64,000 nt of DNA, taken from assembly GCA_964016885.1 (NCBI GenBank), contig OZ024741.1:348626001-348690000 (forward strand), read 5' to 3'. This DNA comes from Eledone cirrhosa. Lineage: Eukaryota. The position numbers and the translations under genes were made by a program. The notes beneath the pieces are model-generated. The model made no database searches and was not told the origin of the DNA. It saw only the letters and a list, made by a program, of their open reading frames with translations. This document shows, in pieces, positions 50,947 through 64,000 of this stretch; positions within the stretch are counted from its first letter, which is position 1, and every line of letters begins with the position of its first letter.

Positions 50947-53084
50947 GGTTAAAAAGCATCTCAGCATTTCAGCATTACTAAATGTAAATTACGTAATAAT
51001 GAATAGGGTCCAGTTTCAAAATATTACACACCTCTAAAAATACCTACACCTATGATATACTATGCTGAAAAATATACTTTATATTACTCATGATGGTCAT
51101 ATACTTTTGCATATTAAATACAAGATCATAGCGCTCAAGAACAATAGAATAATTATTGACCTTTATATGGAAAATACGACGTAAAATGATATATACTTAA
51201 AAGCATTCTCAAAAGTGTAGTATGTCAACATATTTTACCAAAACATGATATCATTCTTTTTTATACTACGCGCCCGAAAATATTTTCTACAAAATTTTAT
51301 ATAAGGTTGTTTTTCAATTCCAAAGTGCTTGGATATGGTGGTTCTAAACGAACTACGTAGATTATAGTTAATTAACAAGTCCTTAGATGGTGAATGTTAT
51401 TCGGGTGACATTACTGCATGTTTGGATTAAGTTTTTCACAAATCATTCAGAGTTGGGAAACTATGGTATTCAGATTTCCTTAATACAATCGAGGTTAAAT
51501 AAATGTTTCTTTTTAAACCTTTTCCCTTCGATGATTCGAACGAATAACATAAACTTAATTTAGGTTAAATTATACAATTAGACTAATAACTGAAATTAGT
51601 TTTTTCTATGTTCTATCTTCATCCTTCCCTGTAAAACTCTTACATAGTACACCATGTATGTTTGTAAGTTAGCGTCAATTGTAGATAATTGTTACGAATA
51701 TAACCGCATTTTAATGTTTTTATTTTTCTCCATTGTTTACATCTTCATACATGTGTAATAAACGTTTAACCTTTAGGCAAGTTTTTGTTCTACTTGTCAG
51801 ATACAGGATTTTCCTCTGTGGATTAAATACATTCTAAGGTATTGGCAATATAGGAAAAGCTACAACGTTTTTTTTTTAATAGTAGGATGAGGTATTCTAT
51901 ATATTTTGTCATTTTATGTTATTTTCTGTTGAGGGTGGCACGTATTTCATTATAAAAATAATAACACATTTGAAACATGCTATTTTACACGTATTTCAGA
52001 TACTAGTAGCTTTTGTTGTTCATAATAGATTTGAGGCTAAATTCCTAACGAAGCTTATCTTTTTTCAGCGCGGTGAGAATTGTTTGTAACATAGAGCATA
52101 AAAGCAAACGTGTTGCCGATGGGAGTGGGACAAAGCATTCTAGGAGATACGGATTTAACGAAGATTCAATTGTGTTAAATTATAATGAAAATTGTATTTC
52201 TCTTAAAATAAATATCATATTCAAAATGTAAAGTTTCTTTTTAATAAAGTATCAATAAGGTTTCAAAATATTGATTTTTAAAATCATTATTGTTACAGTG
52301 CTGACTACCCAGAATCAGATAATTGACATATTTGTATAGCAATATTGGATTAAGAAGTTGAAGATTTAATGCCAATAACGTAAAGATAATTTCGTGAATT
52401 TTAAAAAATAACAGCAATCCTGATTCAAACACGCCGTGCATCTCTTTTTATAGAATATAAAACAGAATGTTCATGACTGGAAAAATTTGGCCACCGCTTT
52501 ACTTCATCCTGCCCAATCTGATTTCAGACAAAAAGAATTGTTTACTCGATTAGCCAATCAGGAAACGTTTACATGTTGATAGGCTAAATATGGTAGCAAA
52601 ATAACAGTCATACTAAATACTCTCAGCTAAAGGGGAGGAGAGGTATATTCAGTCATATAGTTCTTTCTATATAGAACTTTTCTGTTAGCTGCCTGTTGCG
52701 ATAGAATTATCGTTGTTGTTTTATTTGTGAAGGAATAGAGTGAAAGTGATTGTGACCTTAACTGTTGGTTTCGTTGCTTACCCAACCATCAGATTGATTT
52801 TGTTGATATTCTATGTATTACGAACACTGTATAGTAATATAACATTTGTAAATCATGACTTCCAAGTATTACTGCTTTGGAAGTTTACATAGTAGTGTCA
52901 ATTAGTAGTTGCTGTATAAGTGTTTTGAACACTTCGTAAGAAACGTACAATTATAGGTATTTTACAGCACGTTTCTTAAAGATTCCGGGCCTCTGTCATT
53001 TCAGATGGGTTTGCATTTATATGAGAATATATCTGCCCTGAAATATATCGTTTTATTAGCATTACTGCCGAGTTAATCAAATCT

Positions 53085-53460
53085 TCTGGTGGTGGTTGTT
53101 GTTGTTCTTGTTGTGGTGGTGGTGGTGGTTGATGGTGATGGTGATGGTGGTGGTGGTGGTGGTGGTTGTGGTGATGGTGGTGGTGGTGGTGGTGATGGTT
53201 GTGGTGGTGGTGGTTGTGGTGGTGGTGGTGGGCGTTTGTCTGGTTGTTTTGATGTTGATGGTGCTGGTGAAGATGATGATCGAGGTTTAAGTATTAGTTT
53301 GATAGTTGAGTGTATGGTTTGTGCAAATGTACTAAATAAAACAGCTAAGAAGTAATGGAGGATCAGGATTGATGATGGCGGAGTAGGTGGTGTTAGAGAG
53401 ATATAGGTGGTTGTAGTTGTTGTTGTTGTTGTTGTGGTGGTGGTGGTAGTGGTGATAAAA
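53085..53460. repeat. (GGT/GTT/GAT)n low-complexity tract
   Basis: Directly visible. It explains the poly-P/T/G/V ORFs. Confidence 0.9.
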
Positions 53461-53844
53461 TGTAAGATAAAACAGCAGGATATCAAGATTGGCACATTAA
53501 GTTTTGAAATCACAAAAAAAGAAATTCACACGATACAAATAAAAAGAGAAATACAAAATTTCCCAAATAAAATCAAATAATTATATTCTACTATTTTTAT
53601 ATTATTTTTTATAGAGGCTGAAATTGTCATTGTTGATGTTGCTGGTGCTTGTGATATGGTGGTTGTGGTGAGGAGGGCGGGGGCTGTGATATTTGTAAAA
53701 GTATTGCAAATAATTCATACATAATCTGTACATTTTCTATATTTGCAAATTTTATCGAGAACATTCAAAAGAAAATAAGGATAATATGTATAGATCTACA
53801 TAAGTACGTATATATGTATATAGGTATATACGGATGTTTGAATG

Positions 53845-53905
<61 letters not shown>

Positions 53906-54145
53906 ATATATATATATATATGTATGTATGTATAAATATATAAATATATATATGTATATATATATAGATAGATAGATACATATATACATATATATATGTA
54001 TTTATGTATATATATATAAATATATATATGGATACATATATATATATGAGCGTGAATTTAATAAACATTTGTCGTACTGCCTCTCTGTTCTGTCCCTGTT
54101 CAATTTTTCATTATATATATAATATATATATACATTCATATATAC

Positions 54146-54434
<289 letters not shown>

Positions 54435-55174
54435 TGTATGTATGTGTGTTAGTGTGTAGGTATAAATGAAGCATGGATGTATATATATATAATCACGGCA
54501 GACATGTAAGCTTTTGATATATTCTAGGTTAATACGATTGCGTCAATTTAAAAAATATGTATACGCACGCATAAACACACTCTCATATCTATTTATGTGT
54601 GCGGATATTGAAAGTCTGTTGGTAAATGTGTCTATACATGCACTCTTAGTGAATATGATTTTAATCGTATGTTTCTGATAGTAATAATTAAAAAATAAGA
54701 TTTACGAATGTGCAAAAGAGTAAAATAAAAATCCTAGAGAGAGAGTGTGTGAACAAATGAACAAATGAAAGAATACAATGAACAAAAGATAAATAAATGA
54801 GAGAAACTGAAGTACAATTACAATACAATGTAGAACGCAAGGAAATAATGACAGGAAAGAAAGTAAATGATATAGATAACGAAAGAAAGAGAAAATACGG
54901 AAAGAAAAATGTAAATAAGTAATGAAACAAACAAAAAGAGTGATTTAAACATTGAAAATCAGAAAAGATTACAAACGCTAGAATTTAGAACATAGCATTG
55001 GGGTTAAAGTTATGTGTTGTGGCTAGTGTTGAGTGTTTAGCAACTAGAATGTAAAGTGAAGGTGTAGGGTCAGATTTTAAGAACTTATGTTTCGGTATAT
55101 AACTATTCCGGAGGTTTCGTTTTATCGTTTACAGTTTGCTTAGCTGAAACGATGAAAAGTAAGGGTTGATTTAA

Positions 55175-55231
<57 letters not shown>

Positions 55232-55419
55232 CTATAAGTATAAAGGAACAAGGATTCAGTGTTGGATCATCACATGTTTAATAACACATTACATATGTTT
55301 CACTATCGATTAACTCGAGGAAAGACCTATTATTGATCGAACCTCACTCTGTAATCGAAAGATCATTAGATATGTTTTCTATGTGATCTCGTCTCCATAT
55401 ATATATATATATATAGAGA

Positions 55420-55792
55420 GAAAAAAATTGAACGGGAACAAAACAGAGAGGCAGTACGAACAAAGGTTTATTAGTTTCACGCTCTTGAGAGTGGGGCAGG
55501 TGGTGGGGAACGATGTTTCGGGCATAAGCCCTTCTTCAGGTGAAAAGTGTGTGGGAAGAGAGTTCCAAAGGTGTGTAGGAGAGTGGTGGAGAGACATATA
55601 GAAAAAAGGGGGTGAGAGCAAACGGTACAAATGAAATTAAATATAAAAGCATAATAAAAATAAAAATAAACATGAAGTAAAACAGGTGGTGGAAGGGTGT
55701 GGGGTGTGTAGGGGTGGTGGCGGGTGGAGTGGGGAGAGGGAGGCGCGGTGTCCGAGCGGGGAGGGCTGAAGGTGGTATGTGTGTGTAGGTGT

Positions 55793-55853
<61 letters not shown>

Positions 55854-56125
55854 AAAGTAAGAATAGGGGGAAGAACGGGGTTGCATGTTCAGGAAGAGGC
55901 TGAGTGTGTAAATATGTGGTGGTACGCACGTGTGTGTGGTGTTTTTACGTGTTGTGGATGTAGGTGGCGTGTGGGGAAAACATTTTTTTGAGTGTATGTC
56001 TGTGGGTGAATCCTTAAGGTAGTTCCGTAAAGGATGTGGTAGAATGCTGGGTAATTTCCTTGGGATGTGGTTCATTCTTGGGAGCGATGTCCAATATTTG
56101 TAATCCGTTGTTTGGTTGGTCGGAA
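55420..56125 (-). mobile_element. Probable 3' end of another PLE (GIY-YIG C-terminal remnant, 3' UTR, pLTR)
   Basis: LQILDIAP and HIYTLSLFLNMQPRSSP resemble the GIY-YIG end; hammerhead core and AATAAA lie downstream; an inverted copy of the last ~60 bp is at 54048-54108. Confidence 0.5.
55512..55541 (-). ncRNA. Minimal hammerhead core
   Basis: CTGAAGA-A-GGGC-TTAT-GCCC-GAAAC-ATC. Stem II is perfect; stems I and III look degenerate. Confidence 0.6.
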
Positions 56126-56679
56126 ATATATATATTTATATATATGTATATATATATATATATATATATGTATATTGGGTTGCGCTTTCTAGCAATAAGC
56201 CTACTAGCCGTAAGCAACTAATCACATCCTTTTTAACTTGACCGCTGTCACGTCACGATTCTTACCCATTTTTGAATGTATTCTTGGCGCGATCACTTTG
56301 GAAAATTAATTGTCTAAATTTGAGCTAACTTCCTGATGGATCAGAAGCTCTAGATATCCTATGTTATCGGATGTCTTACAATGCGGACAAAATCATGGTA
56401 GAGGTAATTATATATGTACACATATCTTCTAGTTTATTTTACACCTAATTCTGTTTAGTTGACTGTATATCTGGTCGATTTATACACGCTGTATAAATGT
56501 TCGATACATACTCCGTCGTAACCACCGCGGAGGGGCTGCTTTCGGTTATTTGTCGGAGATTTCTTCATAGGAGCCTTTATTCTTATAGCTTGGTCTAATT
56601 GATTTTAATATGGTTAATTATGCTAATTGGGAGAGGAAACGGTATATATTTTATCTAATAATTCTAAGGACATGTTTTA

Positions 56680-56736
<57 letters not shown>

Positions 56737-56933
56737 AGAAGACGGTCTCATCGAACCTATATGTATATATATATGTAATCCGATACTATACAGTTATGAA
56801 ACTGCCATAGATCAATCAATATGTCAATTTGATCAGCCCTCCGAAACGATCGTGAAATAATGATGTGAATAACAGGTAAAATATCTTGACGTTGTTGTTA
56901 TTATTTTCATTGTTAACTTAATATCTAATACAA

Positions 56934-57069
<136 letters not shown>

Positions 57070-57100
57070 CTTTGTGTGTGTGTGTATGTGTGTGTGTGTG

Positions 57101-58057
57101 TTGGAGTCGAACTCCGCCAAGTGCGCGTACTGTCACCTCTCCTGTTTATTATTTTCATAAACAGGATTGATAGGTGAAGCCGTGTTGTAAGTCGTATGAC
57201 GATTGGCAGATATAAGATCAATTGGCTTGAATTTGCAGACATCATGTTGTTACTCAACTCGGCAGAAGGTGATCTCCGACTTGCACTTGATAAATGTGAC
57301 GCTGAGTACGGCATGGCTGGAATGAAAATCAGTGCTGCAGAAACTGAGATGCTTGTTCTCTCATGGAAGCCTGCACAGGTCACTGTACATGTGAATAGAG
57401 TTTCACTGAAGCAGGTGGAGAAGTTCAAGTATCTCAGAGCCATGTTTACGAGTGATGGAAGGCAGGCGACTGAATTAAGTGCAAGAATTGCAGGAGTAGG
57501 TGCTGTAATGCGCCCGCTTCGCCAGTCGTTAATCGCCATCTTCAATTAGGTATTCGTGCCAAAACTGATATATGTTCAAGAATCTTGTGTAATGACCGAA
57601 AGAATACAACTGTAAATATAAGCGGCCGAAATGGAGTTCCTTCAAAGGGTGTTTGGAGGGACATTACTCGATAAAGTGCGTAGCTCTGAGATCAGAGCGT
57701 CACTCTAGTTAGTGCCGCTTCTTCTCCAAATTGAGAATTCACAGCTCCGGTGATATGGGCATGTTGTAAGAATACCTCAGTAAAGTAACGTTGGGCAGGT
57801 TTTACCGGCAGGGTAGCCAGAGGTAGACCCTAAGCAAGATGGTTGTAAAATATCTATGTGCTTGGCTGGGCTCACATGGGGATCCAGTCAGATCCGTTGG
57901 AGACGGTTGCTTCTGAGAGGACCTCTCATGAAGAAGAAGAAGAAGAAGAAGAAGAAGAAGAAGAAGAAGAAGAAGAAGAAGAAGAAGAAGAAGAAGAAGA
58001 AGAAGAAGAAGAAGAAGAAGAAGAAGAAGAAGAAGAAGAAGAAGAAGAAGAAGAAGA
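57101..58057 (+). mobile_element. RTE-clade LINE 3' part with a long (GAA)n tail
   Basis: [47 protein letters not shown], then AAEMEFLQRV.G.TLLDKVRSSEIR..SQLR*YGHV; (GAA)n at 57929-58057. Confidence 0.9.
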
Positions 58058-58139
58058 TGCGTGTGCATGTGCTAAGACAGAGAGATTGATAGATTTACAG
58101 ATAGATAGATAGAGAGAGAGGGGGAGAGAGAGAGAAAGA

Positions 58140-58210
<71 letters not shown>

Positions 58211-58939
58211 ATAGATAGATATATTGCACGATTGTAATGTCTCTAACAAGATAAGTAAAAGGATTATACTTCGAAGATATTTATATTATCCCACAGATGC
58301 CTTCTCGGGCTATCGCTGCATCTCAAATAATGTTTAGCCAATGGTCCGATCTGGGCAGCTAAATATCAAATCATCCGTATAGAAATTATTGTATCCAGGG
58401 TCAATTTGCTAGGATATTGGCAAAAATTCTATGGAGCAAGTGAGGTGGTAATTTATAGCTTTTCTTTTCCAAGTTATTAGGAACTTCACTAAGGAAGTAC
58501 ATTGGCTTATATTATTTTTGTTATTTTTTAAAGTAATGGTCGCCGCAACAATGCAGCTAACACTTTCTTCAAAGTATGCAACACCACGTATGTATAAGTT
58601 GTAGATTATGCCATTTTATCGAAAATGGTGCTATACAAGATGTCTATATCTGTAAGTCATCGAACCTAGCTCCTTTTTTATGCTATCTTGGATCTGATCC
58701 ACAGAGCTATCACTCGCATGAATAAAGGATATCCCCCCCCCTCTCTTTTTTTTGGAGATGCAAAATACAAAATATCCTAGCAATACCTATTGCATTAATC
58801 AATAAAAGAACTTTGTGTGAAAAGAAAAGTATTTATTTCTGCAGATGTGTGAATACATACATACTTATTTATAAATATTTACTTATAAAAATTCGTTTTT
58901 CTAATTGCTTGTGATATCTACCGAACTCTCTCTTCCTCA

Positions 58940-59001
<62 letters not shown>

Positions 59002-59036
59002 CTCTCTCACTATCTCTCTCTCTCTCTCTCTTTCTA

Positions 59037-59072
<36 letters not shown>

Positions 59073-59937
59073 GCTCTCCCTCTCTCTCTCTCTATTTATA
59101 TATATATATGTAAACACACACAACCACACACGCACGCAATACACAAATATAAGTGTGTGTGTATACAATATGTATATTATTTTATATAGCATATTATCTA
59201 TAAATGCATATTGATTGGATTGCACCATTTTTTTTTTTTTATAAAAGAGGTAAACTTCTATTAACATACATATATCATATGTATAAGATTTCGTAATACT
59301 GTCTATAAGAAACCAACCAAATTAATATATAAAAATATATATGAAACTATGTGTGTATCGCTTTTAAGTATGTAATAAACTGATTTGAAAAAATGGCGAT
59401 TATCCACGCAATTAGCGGACAAACTCCCTGTAGGCACCTTTAAATCATAAAAGCAAATAGAAATAGAAAGATCTATAACTTGAAAAAAAAATCAATTAAT
59501 TGAATTAGGCAGTTGTGAATTCAGGGCGGCATAGGCTAGTCGATAGTAGTTAAATAAGCTTAGAAATAGGTATTTATCTATTTATTTATTCAATAATCGG
59601 ACTTCTTTCTGTAATCGGACCTCGGGCAAGACCAACTGCCGCCTTTAAAATTTATTTAATTATGTTACTGCCAAGAGTTGACTATTTGTTTGTGTTGTTT
59701 GAAGGAACTGTCTTATGCTCTTTATAGCTGAGGGTCACTTACTATGCTGATATTTGAGTGTGCTGGGTGGTTCAATGTCATGTGGCGTCTGGAGATGGAA
59801 CTGTGGATTTGAAGGCTTAGGTTAGATATAGATGTTTAATATTTGAGATCATATTCATGGACGTTGGATTTGGGAGAGTATATATGCTTGGTACGCACAG
59901 ACACACACTAAAAACACATGCACAGGCGTACACATGC

Positions 59938-59977
<40 letters not shown>

Positions 59978-60002
59978 ACACACACACATGCACACACACC
60001 TG

Positions 60003-60033
<31 letters not shown>

Positions 60034-60149
60034 ATGTGTGTGCGTGTGTGTGTTGTGTGTGTATGTGTGTGTATTTATATACGCTTATATATAAAAACAA
60101 TTAGGTTGAATTCACATTTCGTTTGTCAAATACGCGCGTATCGCTAACA

Positions 60150-61385
60150 TCTTGGAATGTCTGTCGTCGGGCTACAGGGATAAACTATTCTAAGTCTTGA
60201 GCAAAATCGGAAAAGTCGTTTAGGGTTGAGGAATATAGTATGTGAGCTGAAAGATATAGCGTGGTGTTTGCTTAAAATGCTTAAAATGCTTCTTGGGTGC
60301 TATACAGATGTAAGTAAATGTTTGTCAATAAGGGCTAAGATTTTTTTGCCATCGCTGGTTTCAACAGTGAGCGAGAATGCCACTAACTACTCTAACTGCA
60401 CTAGCGTACGCGGCATAAAATATCAAATAATATGCCACTGCAGAAAAATAAATTCTCTTCAATAACGGGAAGCCTCTATCAAAACAACAAATACCACGAG
60501 CGTATTCGATGTATTCCTGGGTTCATTCGCTAGTGCTGGTGTATGCGGTCTGTTGGCGTTATTTATGTTGTACACACGTGGAACGAAATTCCATGATTTT
60601 CACACAGGTCTTACCGAGACGATAGTCTAGCTCTATCGACTCACAAAGGCGTCCACGCCCTTGTCACCTTCAGAAAAAACTTAATAACCACATTTATTGA
60701 GTTAGGATTAAAACCACAATAAACACCAACCTGCCTAGCATCAACATCCTTGATTTTCACACATATAAACCCTTCTATATAATCAATGAGATACTAAGGT
60801 ACTTTCACAAACATCCCAGCTTCTCTCTAGCCACCAGCATTTTCTAAGAAAAATATCGTATACTCCTAAACAACACTCAACTAACACTGGGAGAAAAATA
60901 AAAATAAATATCGATCTCCCACCCATTCTCGCTCGATCTAGATACATACGTAGGCAAAACATTTTTGGCTTTCCCAATAACCCACAGGTATAGACCCATC
61001 TTTAAATGACATACAGTGTAAATCGGCTACACCCAAGCGATAAATATGAAAACTAAGCTCAGATCATCAACAAAACCATGGGTGCTCCTGCAACGGAATG
61101 CTCTTGCAGAAAGCCATAATCAAGCTCTCTGGATCAGCAATACAACACATCCGTGATCGTATATGATGCTAAGTTAACCTCCATCCAATCGAATTAGCCG
61201 CAAGATGTCAAGATGTGGGTATGTCGGAGGATTGCTTCAAAAGCTGCTTCCTGACCCATTAGACGAATGGTAAGCAATCGGATAAACGAACACTCACGAC
61301 ATAGACAAATCACGTCTTGTACCTCAATGATGCAGGCCTGGACTTCTCCATTAAATGAAAAATACTTTTTTACGAAATTTACCAA
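60150..61385 (+). mobile_element. Old, heavily decayed Naiad-like PLE (RT, linker, GIY-YIG start)
   Basis: Fragments QIICHCRK, FDVFLGSFASAGVCGL, GL-YRDDSL, ELGLK, IFK*HTV*IGY, ECSCRK..IVYDAKL, YVG in PLE order. Confidence 0.7.
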
Positions 61386-61387
61386 TC

Positions 61388-61479
61388 GTTAACCCTACCT
61401 TTCATCCTTACGGGGTCGATAAAATAAAGTACCTGTAATACACTGGGTAATTTGCTGGCCTTGTGCCAAAAGTAGAAAC

Positions 61480-61484
<5 letters not shown>
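61388..61484 (+). mobile_element. SINE 3' half (short-tail subfamily)
   Basis: CTTTCATCCTTACGGGGTCGATAAAATAAAGTACC...TGTGCCAAAAGTAGAAACAATTAT. Confidence 0.85.
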
Positions 61485-61516
<32 letters not shown>

Positions 61517-61518
<2 letters not shown>

Positions 61519-62597
61519 TTTGTGGTACGGATAATAAAGGGAGGTTTCTAAATCGAGAGTTACATCTAAGAAGTTGGGTTTAGTTAAACTCGAATCTATA
61601 GTTATTCTGAGGCCTAGGTTACTGAAGAAAACGTTAAGGTTTTTCCGAAACCCATCGGTTGTTCTGGGGTTAATTTTATGCAGGGCAAAGAGGCAGTCAT
61701 CCCGGCATAATCCGCCTGTAAGGCCTGTGAAGAGGGTTTTCATCCGGTTAAGGATAAACAGGTCCACCAGATCACTAATCTCAGCCGAGTCACTAGCACC
61801 CATCCTGACATCGAAGGGAGTCTCCGATGTTTTGTTGATCCACTAGGACCCGTTATGGTACAAAAACGTCTTACGTGCATGGAGGATCACATCCTGTTCG
61901 GAGTCGGTTATGGTGGTTAGCTTTCTTACGAAAGCAATTGCATCCTTCAGCAGGGACTCAGAAATGGAGGCGTAGTAATCGTCAATGTCAAGTTACAGGA
62001 AACGGGTGTTATGTTTGTCAGGCTGTTCTTTGAACCATGAGATTGCTTCGGATGTTCTATTACAGATTATGAGAGGTGAGGTTGCACGCAGTGTGGGTAG
62101 TATCCTGTCCAGGATCTTCTTGCTGACAGATCCTATATCGGATTTTGTGGGGTTTATTAGCCGGACCGATGGTTTATTGGTGAAGCTTTCCTTGTGGTCC
62201 TTTAGGGTAAAATGCGGGGCCTTTACACTCAATGGTTCAGTCCTATCTTCCAGTTTAAGAGAAATGGCGATGTTTTTTTCCGACTAAGTTGGTGTCAGTC
62301 AGTACTGTTTCATCCACTTTTTTGTAATTTGCTGTAATCGCATTATTAGCCAGCTTCCTATAGGTATCCTGGTTAACCTCATAGACGTTTTTTGTTTTGT
62401 CGGAAGGGGCGTGGAGATTCGGGGAACTCTTCATTTTCTGTACTTTTTCCCTTAAGTCAGTCTGGAATGGAATGTTGACTCTGCGGAATTTAATATTGTT
62501 GATCATTTTGAAGAGATCTCCTTCAAAAGGTTCAAGTAAAATGTTGTTATTTGATTTAAAGCCGAACTTCTCATTGCTGGTTGATGCTACATCAGAG
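61517..62597 (-). mobile_element. Naiad-like PLE RT fragment bounded by (TA)n
   Basis: [31 protein letters not shown]; FTLKDHKESFTNKPSVRLINPTKSDIGSVSK; FDVRMGASDSAEISDLV..GLCRDD..FLDVTLDL...PYHKP. Confidence 0.9.
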
Positions 62598-62672
62598 TGA
62601 TACATATATATGTATGCATGTATATGTATGTATGTATATGTATGTATGTATATGTATGTATGTATGTTTGTA

Positions 62673-62753
<81 letters not shown>

Positions 62754-62755
<2 letters not shown>

Positions 62756-62879
62756 CGAAGGAAATGTGGTAAGGAACCAGGTGGACCATAACAAACCAAA
62801 GTACTCAATACTTAGGGTAGTAGAGTGGGTAATAGGAAGGTATTAGCCGTCGAGCTCAACCGTTGGGGTCCTACTCGTT

Positions 62880-62883
<4 letters not shown>
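62754..62883. mobile_element. PLE-terminal fold-back cassette (3378 family)
   Basis: First ~85 bp nearly identical to 3378-3462; the remainder is the inverted arm GAGCTCAACCGTTGGGGTCCTACTCGTTCCTA. Confidence 0.8.
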
Positions 62884-62919
<36 letters not shown>

Positions 62920-62926
62920 TATATAT

Positions 62927-63104
62927 AGGTAAGTTATTCCGGGTTGAATCAGAGGTAGCCACAGTAAGTAAGGTACTCAATATATTGCAGAGTATAAAAA
63001 TGTAATATAGATGAGATTCTACAGGACTAGAACTGTTTCATTATTCAGAAATCATCAAATTCCTGATGTTTTCTAAAGAATGAAACAGTTCTAGTCCTGT
63101 AGAA

Positions 63105-63110
<6 letters not shown>
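62927..63110. mobile_element. Fold-back cassette of another family with a hammerhead-like core at the turn
   Basis: Arms ATGAGATTCTACAGGACTAGAACTGTTTCATT / AATGAAACAGTTCTAGTCCTGTAGAATCTCAT (63011-63110); inner (C/T)TGATG(A/T)...GAAAC on both strands; (TA)n flanks. Confidence 0.65.
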
Positions 63111-63182
<72 letters not shown>

Positions 63183-63319
63183 CAATGTTGTTCTATGTTG
63201 GTTGGGAATATATGTATGCATAGTCTTCAATATCAACACGTTCGGCTTCATACCACCTTGGATTTAGGGCAAAGAAAAGGAAAAACAAGGACCAAAATAC
63301 TTCTATTATTTGCAATTAT

Positions 63320-63448
63320 TACGTCCCTTTACGATCTGAGTTCAAATCCCACCGAGATTGATTTTGCCTTTCGTCCTTACGGGGTCGATAAAATAAAGTA
63401 CCAGTAATGCAGTGGGTTATTGCTGGCCTTGTGCCTAAAGTAGAAACA
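63320..63448 (+). mobile_element. 5'-truncated SINE with a 15-bp TSD
   Basis: ATTATTTGCAATTAT at 63305-63319 and 63449-63463. Confidence 0.9.
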
Positions 63449-64000
63449 ATTATTTGCAATTATAGCCTCTTACGTTTTAACCATATCTGATTTCATATTC
63501 ATAATGTACCTGAAATAGTTTTTTCTGGACGTTACTATCTCTCATTCGATCGTAACGCCATAAACATACAAATATAATTCTCCCCGAAGTATAAATGCAA
63601 AGTTACACTGACAAAATCTGACATCATGAATGCAAATAAACCTAGAATACTAAAATATTGAATATTACTGAAATAGATAATCTATTTTATTTCCTTCGTT
63701 TTAATTTTATTTGAAAATATTGGAAAAAAAATAATTCGTTCAAAAATGATCAGGAACACATGTAAACAGAACCACGAGCATACAAACACAGACACACGCT
63801 CATATGCCTACACACACGCATGGATATATATCTATAAGAATTTACAAAGTCTCAGCTTCAAAAACATATTTGAGTATATGTAAACAATGGTAGAGAGATG
63901 GAGAATAATTCTGAGAGATAGAATAACTTACTGATTAATTCGTATTGTGATTAAAGCAGTTAGAGAAACAACTTCGAATGAAGGACACATAGATACAAAG

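Noticed and set aside
52241-52441. 66-aa ORF as a small host protein
   Set aside because: Composition is typical of random AT-rich DNA and no domain is evident.
53073-53513. Proline-rich, formin- or extensin-like protein
   Set aside because: Arises from a (GGT)n/(GTT)n microsatellite that is open in several frames.

Overview
AT-rich, microsatellite-saturated eukaryotic intergenic or intronic DNA. The repeat content looks like an animal genome, probably an octopus or other cephalopod (inference from the SINE and LINE types). I find no convincing host protein-coding gene: most ORF-track entries are translations of (TA)n/(CA)n/(GA)n/trinucleotide tracts or decayed transposons. The recognisable content is about 12 copies of a tRNA-derived SINE; decayed LINEs of the R4/Dong, Tx1, CR1 and RTE types; a piggyBac relic; a head-to-tail non-autonomous Helitron dimer; and many Penelope-like element (PLE) pieces, including Naiad-like RT/GIY-YIG fragments and a Neptune-like GIY-YIG missed by the ORF track. 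The most interesting signal is one architecture recurring across several unrelated sequence families: short PLE-terminal cassettes embedded in (TA)n, ending in a fold-back hairpin of about 15 to 180 bp per arm, and carrying intact, half or degenerate minimal hammerhead-ribozyme cores at or near the fold-back point. All calls come from reading by eye, with no database search; family names are by motif resemblance and the ends of decayed elements are approximate.
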